The translations under genes and the position numbers were made by a program. A DNA stretch of 63,932 bases, the filler included, from Octopus bimaculoides (taxonomy: Eukaryota): NCBI RefSeq assembly GCF_001194135.2. It is 5 parts of 5 records of this genome, joined end to end, with 100 filler letters (N's around TTAATTAATTAA, not from the genome) between each part and the next. Parts side by side here need not be neighbours in the genome. Positions count along the whole stretch, not along the records: positions 62,605 to 63,932 come from NW_026414233.1; 4 more parts are not named here. One strand, written 5' to 3'. Positions 63,200 to 63,932 of the stretch are shown piece after piece. Below the pieces are notes generated by a model. It had not been told where the DNA came from. It saw only the letters and a program-made list of their open reading frames with translations, and did no database searches. The stretch's first letter is position 1. The number at the start of each line of letters is the position of its first letter.

Positions 63200-63932
63200 A
63201 TGATAGGTTCTCCATATTGTATGGGACCTGCTGCCGACAAACACTCACAGGCTAACTTATTACCCTATTCCCCTCAAACATGGTCTTCGAGTGGTAAATG
63301 AAAAACTTTGTTATAATACAAAAATGAACGGAAAACGATAAACTGAGGCTCACAAGCTGTACATTGTGGTATGAAAGACAATACAATGAAGGTAGTAAAT
63401 GTTCCACCCCAGAATCTTTCTGGTGGAGAATCTGGAATCTAAACAAAGAATACAATCGTGATGTAGCATGACTAAATGACTTACGAAGTATAAACACTTC
63501 CCCCAAAACATAACACCACCAATGTAACACTCCTGGCGGTTATTATGAAACGGCCGAATAGAAAATTACCAAGGAGAAATTCTCATGAACCTGTATAAAA
63601 AAATCAAAAAAAAATCAATGGATGCTGAGCTAGATATACCAGATTGGCTGATGGTCACATGGGCTATTCTTATCTGCAAGAACAAAGGGACCCATGTGGC
63701 TGAAAACTATAGGCCCATAGCATACCTGAATGTTATGTACAAACTATACACAGGTTGTCTGAATGTGTTTCTTCAGGACCACTGCCAAACAAATGGTGTG
63801 ATAACCAGTGAACAGGCAGGAGGAAAGAAAGGAGTCCTTCTCAACAAAGCTTCCCTAAAGGAAGCCAAGCAACATTGCTGTAATCTCTTAATGGTATGGT
63901 TAGACTACAAGAGGGTGTTCGACTCTGTGCCT
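63200..63932 (+). pseudogene. R4/Dong-type non-LTR retrotransposon RT N-terminal region, degraded, running off the window end
   Basis: SFWWRIWN...; IPDWL...NYRPIAYLNVMYKLYTG...EQAGGKKG...LLMVWLDYKRVFDSVP (NYRPI and W.DY.KAFDSVP RT motifs), with an internal deletion and upstream stops. Confidence 0.85.

Overview
AT-rich, repeat-saturated eukaryotic DNA. The SINE families and microsatellite load match what I recognise from Octopus (coleoid cephalopod) genomes; this assignment is an inference. The window is not one contiguous locus: four artificial linkers (44 N + TTAATTAATTAA + 44 N) join five scaffold pieces (1-29105, 29206-38155, 38256-56088, 56189-62504, 62605-63932), and many other N gaps open at microsatellites. 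I find no intact, recognisable host protein-coding gene, rRNA, tRNA or CRISPR array. Almost all ORFs in the supplied track are microsatellite, gap or satellite read-throughs. Recognisable coding remnants all derive from transposons: a frameshifted DD34D mariner, two older mariner fragments, Tc1, MULE, Helitron Pif1 helicase, Tx1/L1 RT, two R4/Dong-type LINE pieces and a probable Penelope GIY-YIG remnant. Non-autonomous elements include a Tigger-type MITE with perfect 23-bp TIRs, a long-TIR foldback MITE, nested TTAA/piggyBac-type MITEs and at least four SINE-like families. The most unusual structures are four. (1) A 6.3-kb CpG-dense GAAC/GTAC satellite with 4-bp, 72-bp and about 1.5-kb periodicity and an internal fold-back. 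(2) An RTE-tailed element carrying a variable array of about 65-bp double-hairpin units. (3) A degenerate minimal hammerhead-like motif. (4) A CCAAT+YY1 promoter-like site heading a 209-codon ORF, plus frame-compatible candidate micro-exons. All of these need experimental or database confirmation.
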